Of a DNA stretch of 64,000 nucleotides, positions 50,971-60,859 are shown piece after piece. The DNA comes from an uncultured Candidatus Binatia bacterium. Its GTDB lineage: Bacteria > Desulfobacterota > Binatia > Bin18. How positions within the stretch are numbered: the first letter of the stretch is position 1; each line of letters opens with the position of its first letter. Position numbers and translations under genes: made by a program. The notes below the pieces were generated by a model. That model had not been told where the DNA came from. It saw only the letters and a list, made by a program, of their open reading frames with translations, and ran no database searches. The stretch covers positions 3,708,240 to 3,772,239 of the forward strand of contig OZ252051.1 in NCBI GenBank assembly GCA_965247985.1, read 5' to 3'.

Positions 50971-51017
50971 GTCAAAAGTAGTGATAAAAAATCAGGAAAA
51001 GCAGGAGAGTATTGCCT

Positions 51018-51830
51018 ATGACCACACCATACGAAACCTTTACGCTCGAACGCTCCGGTCCGATTGTCACCGTCTCTTTTAATCGACCGGCAAAACTCAA
51101 TCCACTCAATGAGCAGGTGCTGCGCGAGTTTCTGGCCATTACCTACGAGCTGCAAGAGGACGAAGACTCACGCGTTGTGATTCTGACCGGCAAGGGCCGT
51201 TCGTTCAGCGTTGGCGCGGATATGGAAGCCCTGTCCAGCAGCGCAAAACCGGAAACCCAAGCCAAGCTGACAGACACCGCCAGGTTGCGTATGGCGAAAC
51301 TCGGCTGGCGGATCATGGACGAGTGGGAGCGCCTGGATCAGATCAGCATTGCCGCGGTCAATGGCTTTGCGGTGGGTGGCGGCGTGTCGTTGGCCATGGC
51401 GTGCGATTTTCGCATCGCCGCCAGTGGTGCCCGCATGTGGCTGCCCGAGGTGCGGCTGGGCGTGCCCTATATGTGGGGCTCCATTACCCGCATGATTAAT
51501 CTGATCGGTATGGCCAAAGCAAAAGAACTTGTCATGACCTGTGATGAACTGACCGCCGAAGAGGCCCTTGAGGTTGGATTGGTCAACCAGGTCGTTCCGT
51601 TGGAGGAGCTATACGACGCCGTACACGCCTTTGCTCAAAAATTGCTCAACAAGCCGCCTATGGCCCTGCGTCGAACCAAAGAATTTTTCAAAGCCCTCAG
51701 CACCAACAAAGCGGGAGATATTACCTACGCCGATGCCCATCTGGGGCTCGCCTGCACGACGGGTGAAGATATGCGCGAGGCAGTCGCCGCGTTCCGAGAA
51801 AAGCGCGACCCGGTGTTTGTGAATCGATAG
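51018..51830 (+). CDS. Enoyl-CoA hydratase/isomerase (crotonase) family
   Basis: ...ILTGKGRSFSVGADM... is the crotonase fold signature. Confidence 0.75.
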   Translation: MTTPYETFTLERSGPIVTVSFNRPAKLNPLNEQVLREFLAITYELQEDEDSRVVILTGKGRSFSVGADMEALSSSAKPETQAKLTDTARLRMAKLGWRIMDEWERLDQISIAAVNGFAVGGGVSLAMACDFRIAASGARMWLPEVRLGVPYMWGSITRMINLIGMAKAKELVMTCDELTAEEALEVGLVNQVVPLEELYDAVHAFAQKLLNKPPMALRRTKEFFKALSTNKAGDITYADAHLGLACTTGEDMREAVAAFREKRDPVFVNR

Positions 51831-51918
51831 GCGCGGTGCTGGCTGTAGTGTCGGATTACGCTCCGCCCATCCGACCTGCGGTATGGTCGTTAGACGCATA
51901 GGGAGCGATGGACACACC

Positions 51919-53070
51919 ATGCAAAAATACACTATCGCAGGCTTGGGTGTCACTGAGCAAGGCGTGATACCGGACACGAGTGCGGAGCAGCTCGCCTGGG
52001 ATGCAATTGAGTTAGCCTTGGCCGATTCAGGGCTCGAACGCAGCCAGGTGAACGGCTACGTCTACCAGCCTGGGTTCGGCGAAGGCGTCTCTGGCATGGC
52101 TGCCAGCCGAGCTGGTCTCGGGACACATTCAACATTACAAATTAACTCCAGCGGCGCGACCGGCAACTTCGCTCTGATTGCGGCAGTCGGCCTGATTGCG
52201 GCGGGAACCGCTGAGTACGTGATGTGCGTCCACGCGACCAATGCCCGCTCTCAAAAAGTCACAGTTGGTGCAGATGAACAGAACAAAAGCCAAGATCCGA
52301 ACGCTATCTACGGCCTCTTCTCCCCTGGTGCTCAGGCCGCTCTGATGGCCCAAGGCTATCTGCATAAATATAGTCAATCTTCAGCAGATCTCGCTGAACT
52401 CGCGGTTGCCCTACGCGCCAACGCCGTTCCACGTAGGGATGCCTATATGTCTGGTCGTCCGATTACGGTTGACGACCATCAGAACTCTCGCTTCATTGTG
52501 CGCCCGCTGCATCTACTTGATTACTGTCTGGTCACGGATGGTGCGATAGCCTTTATCGTGACGACGGCAGAGCGGGCACGTGACCTGAAGACAACGCCGG
52601 TTCATCTGCTGGGGTTGGGTACCAGCCATGAGGTTGGCCAAGGCTACTCACGCGGCTCGAATACAGTTCTTGGCCCGTCTGATCTTACTGTTGAGCCAGG
52701 ACGAAGCAGGGCCTTTGAAACGGCCGGGTTGAGCATTGAGGATATCGATGTGTTCGAGTTTTACGACGCGTTCACAATTATCGCCGCACTGCAAATCGAA
52801 GCCTATGGTTTATGCGGACCTGGAGAAGCCGCGGACTGGGTTCGCGCCGGGAACTTCCGCTGGGACTCCAAGCGTCCGTGCAATACATCTGGCACGCTTC
52901 ATTCCTGGGGCTATGTCCAGGGTTTTACTCACGTGGCTGAAGGTATCCGTCAGCTACGCGGCGAGGGCGGTCCGACACAGGTCGCTAACGCACGGACTGC
53001 GCTCATCACCAATGTTGGTATCACTGGTGCAGGAATGGCACAGTCAGCTGCCATCCTTGGCGTGGAATGA
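51919..53070 (+). CDS. Thiolase-like (SCP-x type) protein
   Basis: MQKYTIAGLGVTEQG... is a thiolase fold. It is followed by a DUF35 partner gene. Confidence 0.7.
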   Translation: MQKYTIAGLGVTEQGVIPDTSAEQLAWDAIELALADSGLERSQVNGYVYQPGFGEGVSGMAASRAGLGTHSTLQINSSGATGNFALIAAVGLIAAGTAEYVMCVHATNARSQKVTVGADEQNKSQDPNAIYGLFSPGAQAALMAQGYLHKYSQSSADLAELAVALRANAVPRRDAYMSGRPITVDDHQNSRFIVRPLHLLDYCLVTDGAIAFIVTTAERARDLKTTPVHLLGLGTSHEVGQGYSRGSNTVLGPSDLTVEPGRSRAFETAGLSIEDIDVFEFYDAFTIIAALQIEAYGLCGPGEAADWVRAGNFRWDSKRPCNTSGTLHSWGYVQGFTHVAEGIRQLRGEGGPTQVANARTALITNVGITGAGMAQSAAILGVE

Positions 53071-53088
53071 ATCCAGAAGGAACAAGCA

Positions 53089-53508
53089 ATGAACAATAAC
53101 CAGCCTACGCCTCCTCCACCCCGCCGTATTGTTCCGATAGAAGACCAATCGTTCTGGGATGCAATTGATAGCGGTGAGTTCATGCTGGCTCGCTGTACGT
53201 GTGGAGCCTATTACGCTCGGACACAGGCGTGTTTGTGGTGTGGAGCCCAGGCGAATTCACTCACCTGGGTGCCTGCCTCAGGCCGGGGGACTATTCGGAC
53301 TTTTATTGTTTTTGACAAGTCGTATCATCCATACTTCAAAGAGATCATTCCGTACGTAGTCGCAGTCGTGACCTTAGACGAAGGGCCGGAGATCACAACA
53401 AATATTGTTGCTATTGACCCGTCCACTGTTCAGATCGGCATGCCGGTTCGCATTGTTATCGGCGAGCAGGGAGAGCATAAGATCCCGCAAGCCTCGGCTC
53501 GCGTTTAA
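53089..53508 (+). CDS. Zn-ribbon / OB-fold (DUF35) protein
   Basis: CTCG...CLWCG forms a zinc ribbon followed by an OB fold. Confidence 0.7.
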   Translation: MNNNQPTPPPPRRIVPIEDQSFWDAIDSGEFMLARCTCGAYYARTQACLWCGAQANSLTWVPASGRGTIRTFIVFDKSYHPYFKEIIPYVVAVVTLDEGPEITTNIVAIDPSTVQIGMPVRIVIGEQGEHKIPQASARV

Positions 53509-53561
53509 GTTTGACCAATGGATCGCTTACAAAAGAAATAACCCAGTTGGAGAGGACTCAT

Positions 53562-53909
53562 ATGCAACAGACTGAAGTCGACCCGGTCCAGTACAATACC
53601 CTGGTGCAAAACGACCGCGTTCATACCTCGCTCTACACCGATCCACACATTTTTACTGATGAATTAGAAAAGATTTTCTACCACGGCTGGGTGTTTATTG
53701 GTCATGACAGTGAAGTGCCGCAGCCGGGAGACTTTATTACTCGTCATGTCGGCACCCAGCCGGTGATTATGGTACGCGGCAAAGACCACAAGGTCTCGGT
53801 CCTCCTCAACCGCTGTGCGCATCACACCGTGACACAAGGCACAGAAAGGGTTGTTGCGCTCAAACAAACGGAACCCGCCTTTCGTGAGGTGCTCGTCGGG
53901 GCGCTATAA
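53562..53909 (+). pseudogene. Rieske oxygenase alpha subunit, N-terminal fragment
   Basis: ...WVFIGHDSEVP...LNRCAHH carries only the first CxH of the Rieske centre and then stops. The catalytic domain is absent. Confidence 0.55.
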
Positions 53910-53999
53910 GCGAGCTCAAGAATCGACAACAGCCAGCAGGGCAATACGTGCGGGATCAGTCTGGCAACTCGCCAGATCCCACACGTCGGCTGTGCCTTC

Positions 54000-54851
54000 T
54001 CACGCCTCGGCCATCACCCTCGCCAGGGTATTCCCCTTCAAGCGCTGGAAGCCGTTATAGAGGTGCAAGAGTGCGCCCGGTAATCCGGGAGCCTTAATCT
54101 CTCGGGCGAAAGAGGGCCGTTTGAGGAGGCTTGCATAGTGGGTCTTGAGTCGAGGGTGACGGTCGATGGGGTAGCCGGCCAGGACCAGCCGATGGATAGA
54201 GATAAACCAGGCGATTTCGAGCACGGAAACCCGCTCCCCAATCAGCCACGCATTCGTCTCTAACCATTGCTCAAGCGTCGCAAAAGCCGTGGCAAAGGCG
54301 TGGGCGGATGCCCGGGCATGGTCCGGCGGCACTCCGTCCTTGGCAAAGGCACGCCACCAGGCAACTTCTTTATCTCGCTTGGTGTCCGGGGCTCCGCTTT
54401 TTTCGTAGGCTTCCAGTGTCTTGGGAGATTTTGTGGCCAGGGCGCGCGGTATCAAAAACCCCATGGTAATCGTCCGCAGGTCCATATGGAGCGAGTCTTC
54501 AAGCGCCAGGGATTCTTGGACTATCGCTCGCTCGGACGCATCCTGGGGGAAGAACGAGGGCGTCGTTGAGGGCAGCGCATCGAGATATGCCATGATGTCA
54601 TTACTCTCAACATGGACAACACCCTCATGGACTAACACCGGGACAACGCCTCTGGGATTGATGCCGAGAAACCAGGGCGTTGCATGCGCCTGCCGGATGA
54701 GATCGACCGGATGGGATTCCCACCCAATCTCCTTTTCCGCCAATAAGATCCGGACCTTCTGAGAGCACGCGGAGCCATGAAAGTGTAAGAGATGGATACC
54801 TTTCCAGCTCTTGACCTCCTGCGTAGTGACGGTTTCATCAGGAAGTTGCAT
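54000..54851 (-). CDS. Glutathione S-transferase family protein
   Basis: GST-like N-terminal and C-terminal domains are present. Confidence 0.55.
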   Translation of the reverse strand: MQLPDETVTTQEVKSWKGIHLLHFHGSACSQKVRILLAEKEIGWESHPVDLIRQAHATPWFLGINPRGVVPVLVHEGVVHVESNDIMAYLDALPSTTPSFFPQDASERAIVQESLALEDSLHMDLRTITMGFLIPRALATKSPKTLEAYEKSGAPDTKRDKEVAWWRAFAKDGVPPDHARASAHAFATAFATLEQWLETNAWLIGERVSVLEIAWFISIHRLVLAGYPIDRHPRLKTHYASLLKRPSFAREIKAPGLPGALLHLYNGFQRLKGNTLARVMAEA

Positions 54852-55221
54852 CAGACTTCTCCTCACTTACGGTGTGCGGAGGAAGATAGTACGGCAACGA
54901 GTAAAACGCCAGTCGATACGCGACGAGGGACTAGCAGCTATCTCATACATGTTTGCCAGCTGCTCCAGAGCCCGTCGCTCCGCTCCTCAAGTGGCGATGC
55001 GCCTCTTGAGGAGCTGCGGGCTCCTGCTTTCTTCTGTAGCCTGGATGAAGGGGTACCGGAATCCGGGATATCCGACTTCCCGGATTCCACTTCGTTCCAT
55101 CTAGGCTACTTTTCTATGTATGAGATGCGTTCTAGTTTCCTCATTGTGACTTCCCGGTTACAACCGATACAATCAAGCTTGCAGCGTGACCATCTTCGAG
55201 AAAGGAAACAACAAGAATCTA

Positions 55222-55481
55222 TGGGTCGTTATGGGGGCGTTTATCAGGGTATTGTGAAAGAAAACCGCGACCCAGAAAAGCGGCTTCGGCTACAGGTCGA
55301 GGTCTTTGAGGTTCCAGGCGTGACTGGCTGGGCAGTCCCGTGTCTGTCGCCGGGAGTCGAGACGCTCCCAAGTATTGGAGAAACAGTCTGGCTTCTATTT
55401 CAAGGCGGCGACGCCGAGAGACCAGTATGGATAGGCGTGCTGCCAGGAACTTTAGGCAAGGAGGCACGCTCAGCAAGTTAA
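55222..55481 (+). CDS. Phage baseplate spike gpV/gp5-like N-terminal OB domain, orphan 86 aa
   Basis: GVYQGIVKENRDPEKRLRLQVEV...GWAVPCLSPGV...GETVWLLFQGGDAERPVWIG fits the gp5/VgrG N-terminal OB pattern. The gene is in a low-GC segment, and the 5' part of the longer ORF is not credible. Confidence 0.45.
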
Positions 55482-55488
55482 GCAACTT

Positions 55489-55518
55489 CGACAGCAGGGA
55501 TGTATGCCCCTGCTGTCG
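55489..55518. terminator. Bidirectional hairpin terminator (11-bp stem) between convergent genes
   Basis: The sequence is CGACAGCAGGG-ATGTATG-CCCTGCTGTCG. Confidence 0.5.
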
Positions 55519-55537
55519 CGCATTCGATTGACCCCGC

Positions 55538-56908
55538 CTAACGCTTGGACTCGAACAGATACACGCGCCCGACGTTGACCTCGCCCATGATGTGCTGACC
55601 GGGTGTGCTCATGGCAAACTCTGGGATACCGTCCTCATTCAGATCACCGGGCGAGAGAACGGTATAGCCGAATTTTGAGCCCTGATGGCCCCACGGATTG
55701 TCGAGCGTCATCAGATGCCGCCCGTCACGCCCGTTATAGACAAACACCTCGCCCTGAATATCGAACGCATCCACGGCCTGAAACGGAGCCCCGACTAAAA
55801 TTTCAGGCACATCGTCGGCATTCACATCCATGCTAGTGGCCAGCGCCCAGCCAAAGCCGGCATGTTTACGCGGAAACGGGTCTTTGAGAGCATAGATAAC
55901 CGAGCCGTCTTTGCCGCTGATGGCGTAGGCAATGCCCTGGCCCGGATACGCGCCAACGTCATGGTAGGGAGCACCAATCAGCAGATCGGGCGTGCCGTCT
56001 TTATCCAGGTCCCCAGCGCTGACCACACGCCAGCCAAAGGTTGACCCCTCTTTTGGCTCCGGGTTGTCGATCGTAAGCAACAAGGCGCCATCTGCTCCGC
56101 TATAGATATACGCTCGCCCCTGGATACTCAGATTGCCGACGGTTGTGTAGGGAGCACCCACGGCGATCTCCTGCACGCCGTCCTGATTGAGGTCCCCGGC
56201 TGCGTGCACAAACCAGCCAAACGCAGAGCCACCCCGGTCGGTGGGGGGAGCAAGCGTATACACCAGCCGGCCGTCTTGGCCGCTATAGACAAACGCCCTG
56301 CCCTCTCCATCTTGATTGTAGGCACCCACTACCAACTCGGGAGTGCCGTCGCCAGTAACATCGCCAATGCCGTCCACCGACCAACCAAATCCCGCGCCGG
56401 ATTGGGACTGAGGGGGTTTGAGAGTCAGCAAATACGCCCCGTCCGCCCCGCTAAAGACATAGGCTTGGCCACCTTTATTCTGACCAAAGGCACCAATCAA
56501 TAAATCCGGTACAGCGTCCTGATTCACATCCCCAGCCGCGGCTACCGAGCAGGCAAACGCCGCGGCTTTTTGCGGAAACGGATGATCGAGGGTGTACAAC
56601 AGCTTGGCCGTCTGGCCGTCAAAGACAAAGGCCCGGCCTTGATGGTCAACATTTTGACCAATCTTTTCAGCACCACCGAACCCAAGCTCCTTCCCGGTCA
56701 TACCGTCCTTGGCATAGGGTTGGTCATACGCGCCGACGAGATAATCCGGGATGCCATCACCTGTCACATCGCTCAGCATGGCCAGCGAGGTAGAAAAACT
56801 GGAAAAACGCATCCGTATGGGATTGTCCAGGATTTTAATATTCGGGCCGGCCCACGCAGAGGAACTCGCCAGCAGGATAGCCAGGCTGGTGATGAGAGAA
56901 AAACGCAT
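55538..56908 (-). CDS. Secreted FG-GAP repeat (integrin-alpha-like beta-propeller) protein
   Basis: The signal peptide is MRFSLITSLAILLASSSAWA. Repeated ...GDVNxDGxxDLxVGA... FG-GAP units follow. Confidence 0.7.
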   Translation of the reverse strand: MRFSLITSLAILLASSSAWAGPNIKILDNPIRMRFSSFSTSLAMLSDVTGDGIPDYLVGAYDQPYAKDGMTGKELGFGGAEKIGQNVDHQGRAFVFDGQTAKLLYTLDHPFPQKAAAFACSVAAAGDVNQDAVPDLLIGAFGQNKGGQAYVFSGADGAYLLTLKPPQSQSGAGFGWSVDGIGDVTGDGTPELVVGAYNQDGEGRAFVYSGQDGRLVYTLAPPTDRGGSAFGWFVHAAGDLNQDGVQEIAVGAPYTTVGNLSIQGRAYIYSGADGALLLTIDNPEPKEGSTFGWRVVSAGDLDKDGTPDLLIGAPYHDVGAYPGQGIAYAISGKDGSVIYALKDPFPRKHAGFGWALATSMDVNADDVPEILVGAPFQAVDAFDIQGEVFVYNGRDGRHLMTLDNPWGHQGSKFGYTVLSPGDLNEDGIPEFAMSTPGQHIMGEVNVGRVYLFESKR

Positions 56909-56978
56909 CAGGGGAAGACAGGGAAGATGTACTGAAAAACGCCACGGCCCGAACATTATGCAACTCCTTACTGTGGTC

Positions 56979-56993
56979 GGTATTGTCAATGTG
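56979..56993. mobile_element. Solo IS6-like IR remnant GGTATTGTCAATGTG
   Basis: It matches the IR consensus. Confidence 0.3.
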
Positions 56994-57128
56994 TTTTGTC
57001 AAGCTATTCCCTCGCCCCGTAGACGTGTACTGCCCATGACCCTGAACCCGCGCTCGACAGACGCACGGTGGCCGAAGGCCGGGGTGGGTTCCTGGTTGCA
57101 TCACACGTCCTGGGAGAGGAGGCCAGAC

Positions 57129-58004
57129 CTACACCCCCTGCGCCGCCTCCACAACAGGCGCGACCTTGTCTATGCACGCCATGGCTTGGCCGGTCGCAAT
57201 CGCTTGTGCAAAGGGCTGGGAGAAGAGCACAATCCGACTGGCGCCGGCATCACGATAGGCTTGCATCTCATCGACTGACAGGGCACCGTCTTTGGGATCA
57301 ACAAAGGCCGACATCTGCAACGCGTCCGGGTCACGACCAAACTCTCTGGCCATTGTACGTATCGATGCGACCTTCGTTTTATAGTCCTCAGGATCAAACG
57401 CGAGCGGACACCAGCCATCGTAGGTCCGGGCTACACGCTCCAGCGCCTTGGGTACATGGCCGCCCAAAAAGATTGGTGGGCCAGCCTTTTGGACTGGCTT
57501 GGGATCGCAGAACACGGGCGGAAACTGGACCATTTCGCCTTGATAGCTGGGCTCTTGCTCGGTCCAACACACGCGCAAGGCTTCGGTTGTTTCGCGCAAG
57601 CGTCGCCAGCGGAGCCGAAAGTTCGTTCCCATGACCTCGGTTTCTTCGCGCAGCCAGCCTGCACCGACTCCAATAATGGTCCGCCCGCCCGAATACAGAT
57701 CAAGGGTGGCGATCACTTTTGCCGTAATGAGCGGCTCACGCTCCGGGAACAAACAAATACCGGTGGCCAGCTTGATCCTGGTGGTGGCGGCGGCAGCCAT
57801 GGTCAGCGCAACAAACGGGTCGGCCCAACGGTTGTAGTGCTCGGGGAGGGTCCCACCCCCAGGCACCTCGGTTTTGAAGCCTACGGGAATCACCGGGTGT
57901 TCGGGTATCCAGAGGGATTCGAAGCCTAATCCTTCGACCCGTTGCGCGATTCCGGTTATGTCCTGCGTCTCTACTGTTGCTGGCACGAGGATACCAATAT
58001 CCAT
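57129..58004 (-). CDS. LLM-class F420-dependent oxidoreductase
   Basis: MDIGILVPATVE...GFESLWIPEHP is a short-form LLM of 291 aa. Confidence 0.7.
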   Translation of the reverse strand: MDIGILVPATVETQDITGIAQRVEGLGFESLWIPEHPVIPVGFKTEVPGGGTLPEHYNRWADPFVALTMAAAATTRIKLATGICLFPEREPLITAKVIATLDLYSGGRTIIGVGAGWLREETEVMGTNFRLRWRRLRETTEALRVCWTEQEPSYQGEMVQFPPVFCDPKPVQKAGPPIFLGGHVPKALERVARTYDGWCPLAFDPEDYKTKVASIRTMAREFGRDPDALQMSAFVDPKDGALSVDEMQAYRDAGASRIVLFSQPFAQAIATGQAMACIDKVAPVVEAAQGV

Positions 58005-58118
58005 ACATTGCCCTCCTTATTATGCATACTACTAAGATGGGAGTTATAGGCTCGGGAAGGGAAGAGGCAGCGGGCATCACGAATAATATCCGCTGCCGTC
58101 ATCTGCAGAAAAAGCGCG

Positions 58119-58649
58119 TTACGCACTCCGCACAATACGACCTGGCCGTGCGCCCGTGTCTTTTCCGTTTTCTTGAACGACTTCACCGCTCACATAGGTT
58201 TTCTCATAGCCCTGAGCGGTTTGCATCAAGCGCGGCATACCGGCAGGCAGATCGTAGATCATCTCGGGATGACTGACGCTCAGAGTGTCATAATCAATCA
58301 GGTTCACGTCAGCCTTGGCCCCTGGCTCAAGCGTACCCCGGTCTTGCATACCGAACAAACGCGCGCCATCGTGGGTGAGTTTCTTAACCACGAACTCCAG
58401 CGGCAGGTGCTTGGGATCGTCATCGGCTTTGTCACGCACCCAGTGGGTCAACGCATAGGTTGGGACACCCGCGTCAATAATCTGACGCACGTGCGCACCG
58501 GCATCACTGCCACCCATAACTGTAATGGGATCACAGATCAGCTCGTGGAGCGGATCGGCGTTACCATCCGCAATGGCGACATCAGCGTGAAAAGCCGGCT
58601 TGCCCGTTCCGTCAACAATATTTCCGCCACGAATGACTACTTCATGCAT
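58119..58649 (-). pseudogene. N-acyl-D-amino-acid deacylase (D-aminoacylase) family amidohydrolase with internal deletion
   Basis: The N-terminus MHEVVIRGGNIVDGTGKPAFHADVAIADGN is fused directly to a C-terminal domain (...LEPGAKADVNLIDYDTL...). The ~300-aa catalytic barrel is missing. Confidence 0.5.
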
Positions 58650-58883
58650 GAATAGACCTCTCTTATAGTGCTGCGTCCGACACGAAATCCAGAATTGCAA
58701 CAGCATATAGGTTTACCCGCCCACATGGCAACCGCTTTAAGAGCACGATAGGTTCAGGATGTCCGGTGCGGGGTTTGCTGCGACAGCGCGGGGTTGCGAG
58801 GCATATCCCACGGGGCTAGGAATGAGGGGGAAGACCAAGATGAACTGAAAGGATAAACAAAAAACCAATCAAGGAGGTCCAGC

Positions 58884-59315
58884 ATGGGTGAGAATACCTA
58901 TAACGGAAGTTGTTTTTGTGGAGCAGTCCAATTAACGGTCAGCGGCGCTCCCGCGGCTATGGGCTACTGCCACTGTGAATCCTGCCGCCATTGGTCGGCA
59001 GGGCCGGTCAACGCCTTTACCTTGTGGCCGCCCGCTTCAGTGCAGGTCACCCAAGGAGCGGATAATATCGAGAGTTATGCCAAGACCGATAATAGTCACC
59101 GCAAGTGGTGCAAAACCTGTGGCGGTCACGTGTTTACCGAGCATCCCGGCATGGGCCTGACGGATGTCTATGCTGCCGTGATCCCGGACTTTCCTTTTCA
59201 GCCCGGCGTGCACGTCTTCTACGGAGAAACCGTGCTGCGCATCCACGACGGCATTGTCAAACAGAAAGATGTGCCGGCCGAAATGGGCGGTTCTGGTGAG
59301 GTGCTGCCGGAATAA
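58884..59315 (+). CDS. GFA (glutathione-dependent formaldehyde-activating / CENP-V) family protein
   Basis: CFCGAV...CHCESCRH...CKTCG are the Zn-binding cysteines. Confidence 0.7.
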   Translation: MGENTYNGSCFCGAVQLTVSGAPAAMGYCHCESCRHWSAGPVNAFTLWPPASVQVTQGADNIESYAKTDNSHRKWCKTCGGHVFTEHPGMGLTDVYAAVIPDFPFQPGVHVFYGETVLRIHDGIVKQKDVPAEMGGSGEVLPE

Positions 59316-59416
59316 CGAACTCTCAGTGGCCCGTGGCCTCACCCTCAAGTGAGGCCATCAAAGGGAACCCACCCCGGCCTTTGGCCACCCCTCCAAGGAG
59401 GGGATAAAAGGACGGA

Positions 59417-60673
59417 ATGATGAACGAATCCAAGGAAACCCAACCACAACTGGACCCCTGGTCCTGGCGGGGCGAAACCCCCGGCGCAAACGGCTGGCCG
59501 CGTACCGCCCGTGCCGATGACCTGAAGAAGTACTTCATGGTGTCGGCTGATTGTCACGCCAACGAACCGTCAACACTGTGGCACGAGCGTATAGACAAAG
59601 CGTATGTTGATCGCTTACCGCGTATGCAGAAAGGGCGCGACGGCGCGACCGTTCAGGTCAGTGAGGGTTTCCGCCCGGTGCGCGTTCGCCATATTGTCTT
59701 CGAGGGCGAAGACCGAGAACGCAATCGAGCTGGACGAACGCCGGAAGAACGTCTGCGAGACCACGCGCGCGACGGCATTGACGCCGAGCTTATCTTTCCC
59801 AATAAGGGGCTGTCGATGTGGGCGACATCCGACCCCCTCTTCGCAGACGCAATGTGCCGAGTGTGGAACGATTGGGCCTGGGAGACCTTTGGCCCTTACA
59901 AGGAGCAACTGGCACCGCTGGGCTGTATCGCCACTGCGAACATTGAGGCCGCAATCTCTGAGATCGAGCGCGTAGCCAAGCTCGGGTTTCGCGGTTTAAC
60001 GCTTCCCTGTAAACCGATTTGGGGCCCGCCCGACCATGAGCAATCCAACTACAACCTGCCCGAATACGATCCGTTGTGGGCCGCTATTCAAGACGTTGAT
60101 CTCCCGATTACTTTTCACATTGCGACGGGCCGCGACCCCCGCACGTCCCGGGGCAACGGTGGCGCGGTCATTAACTACGCGGCCCACGCGCTGACACAAG
60201 CAATCGAACCGGTAGCGAATCTCTGCTCTTCTGGAGTACTTGAGCGCTTTCCCAAGTTACGCTTCGGGACGATCGAAGCCGGCATCGGCTGGCTGCCGTG
60301 GACGCTCGACGCCATGGATGAGGCATACAAGAAGCATCATATGTACGCCCGGCCAAAGCTCAAAAACCTGCCCAGCGAATACTTCCGCGCCCATGGGTTC
60401 GCAACCTTCGGTGAAGATCCTTCGGGGCTCGCCTTGGCGCGCGAACACCGACTCGTCGACAACTTTATGTGGGCCAACGACTATCCCCATCACGAAGGGA
60501 CCTGGCCGCACTCAGCCGCAGCGATCGAACGCACAATGGGGATGCTTGATGACAACGAGCGCGCCAAGATACTCGGGCTCAACGCAGCTCGGGTTTTCGG
60601 CTTCGAAGTACGCGAGAGAAACTCATGTCACCATTCTGAGCGTACCAATGCTGACCGGACCTCACGGACGTGA
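59417..60673 (+). CDS. Amidohydrolase-2 family metal-dependent hydrolase
   Basis: The protein contains ...ADCHANEP..., ...WANDYPHHEG... and a TIM barrel. Confidence 0.65.
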   Translation: MMNESKETQPQLDPWSWRGETPGANGWPRTARADDLKKYFMVSADCHANEPSTLWHERIDKAYVDRLPRMQKGRDGATVQVSEGFRPVRVRHIVFEGEDRERNRAGRTPEERLRDHARDGIDAELIFPNKGLSMWATSDPLFADAMCRVWNDWAWETFGPYKEQLAPLGCIATANIEAAISEIERVAKLGFRGLTLPCKPIWGPPDHEQSNYNLPEYDPLWAAIQDVDLPITFHIATGRDPRTSRGNGGAVINYAAHALTQAIEPVANLCSSGVLERFPKLRFGTIEAGIGWLPWTLDAMDEAYKKHHMYARPKLKNLPSEYFRAHGFATFGEDPSGLALAREHRLVDNFMWANDYPHHEGTWPHSAAAIERTMGMLDDNERAKILGLNAARVFGFEVRERNSCHHSERTNADRTSRT

Positions 60674-60859
60674 GTTCTTAGCTGGTCCCTCTCTTCCCTG
60701 GATTCCCGTTTCCACGGGAACGACGGACGGCATTGTGTCATACCTGCCAAGGCAGCATCCAGACCTACGGATAGGATGGAATTTTGTGAGTGACTCTTCG
60801 GGCTGCACGCCGTAATACGGGGAGACCTCTCTGTCATCGCTAAGCCGTGGACTCGCAGT

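Noticed and set aside
54792-55221. The 229-aa ORF containing the gpV-like domain at its C-terminus
   Set aside because: The 5' portion overlaps the GST gene on the opposite strand and is Ser/Arg-rich. The ORF is trimmed to the RBS-preceded ATG at 55222.
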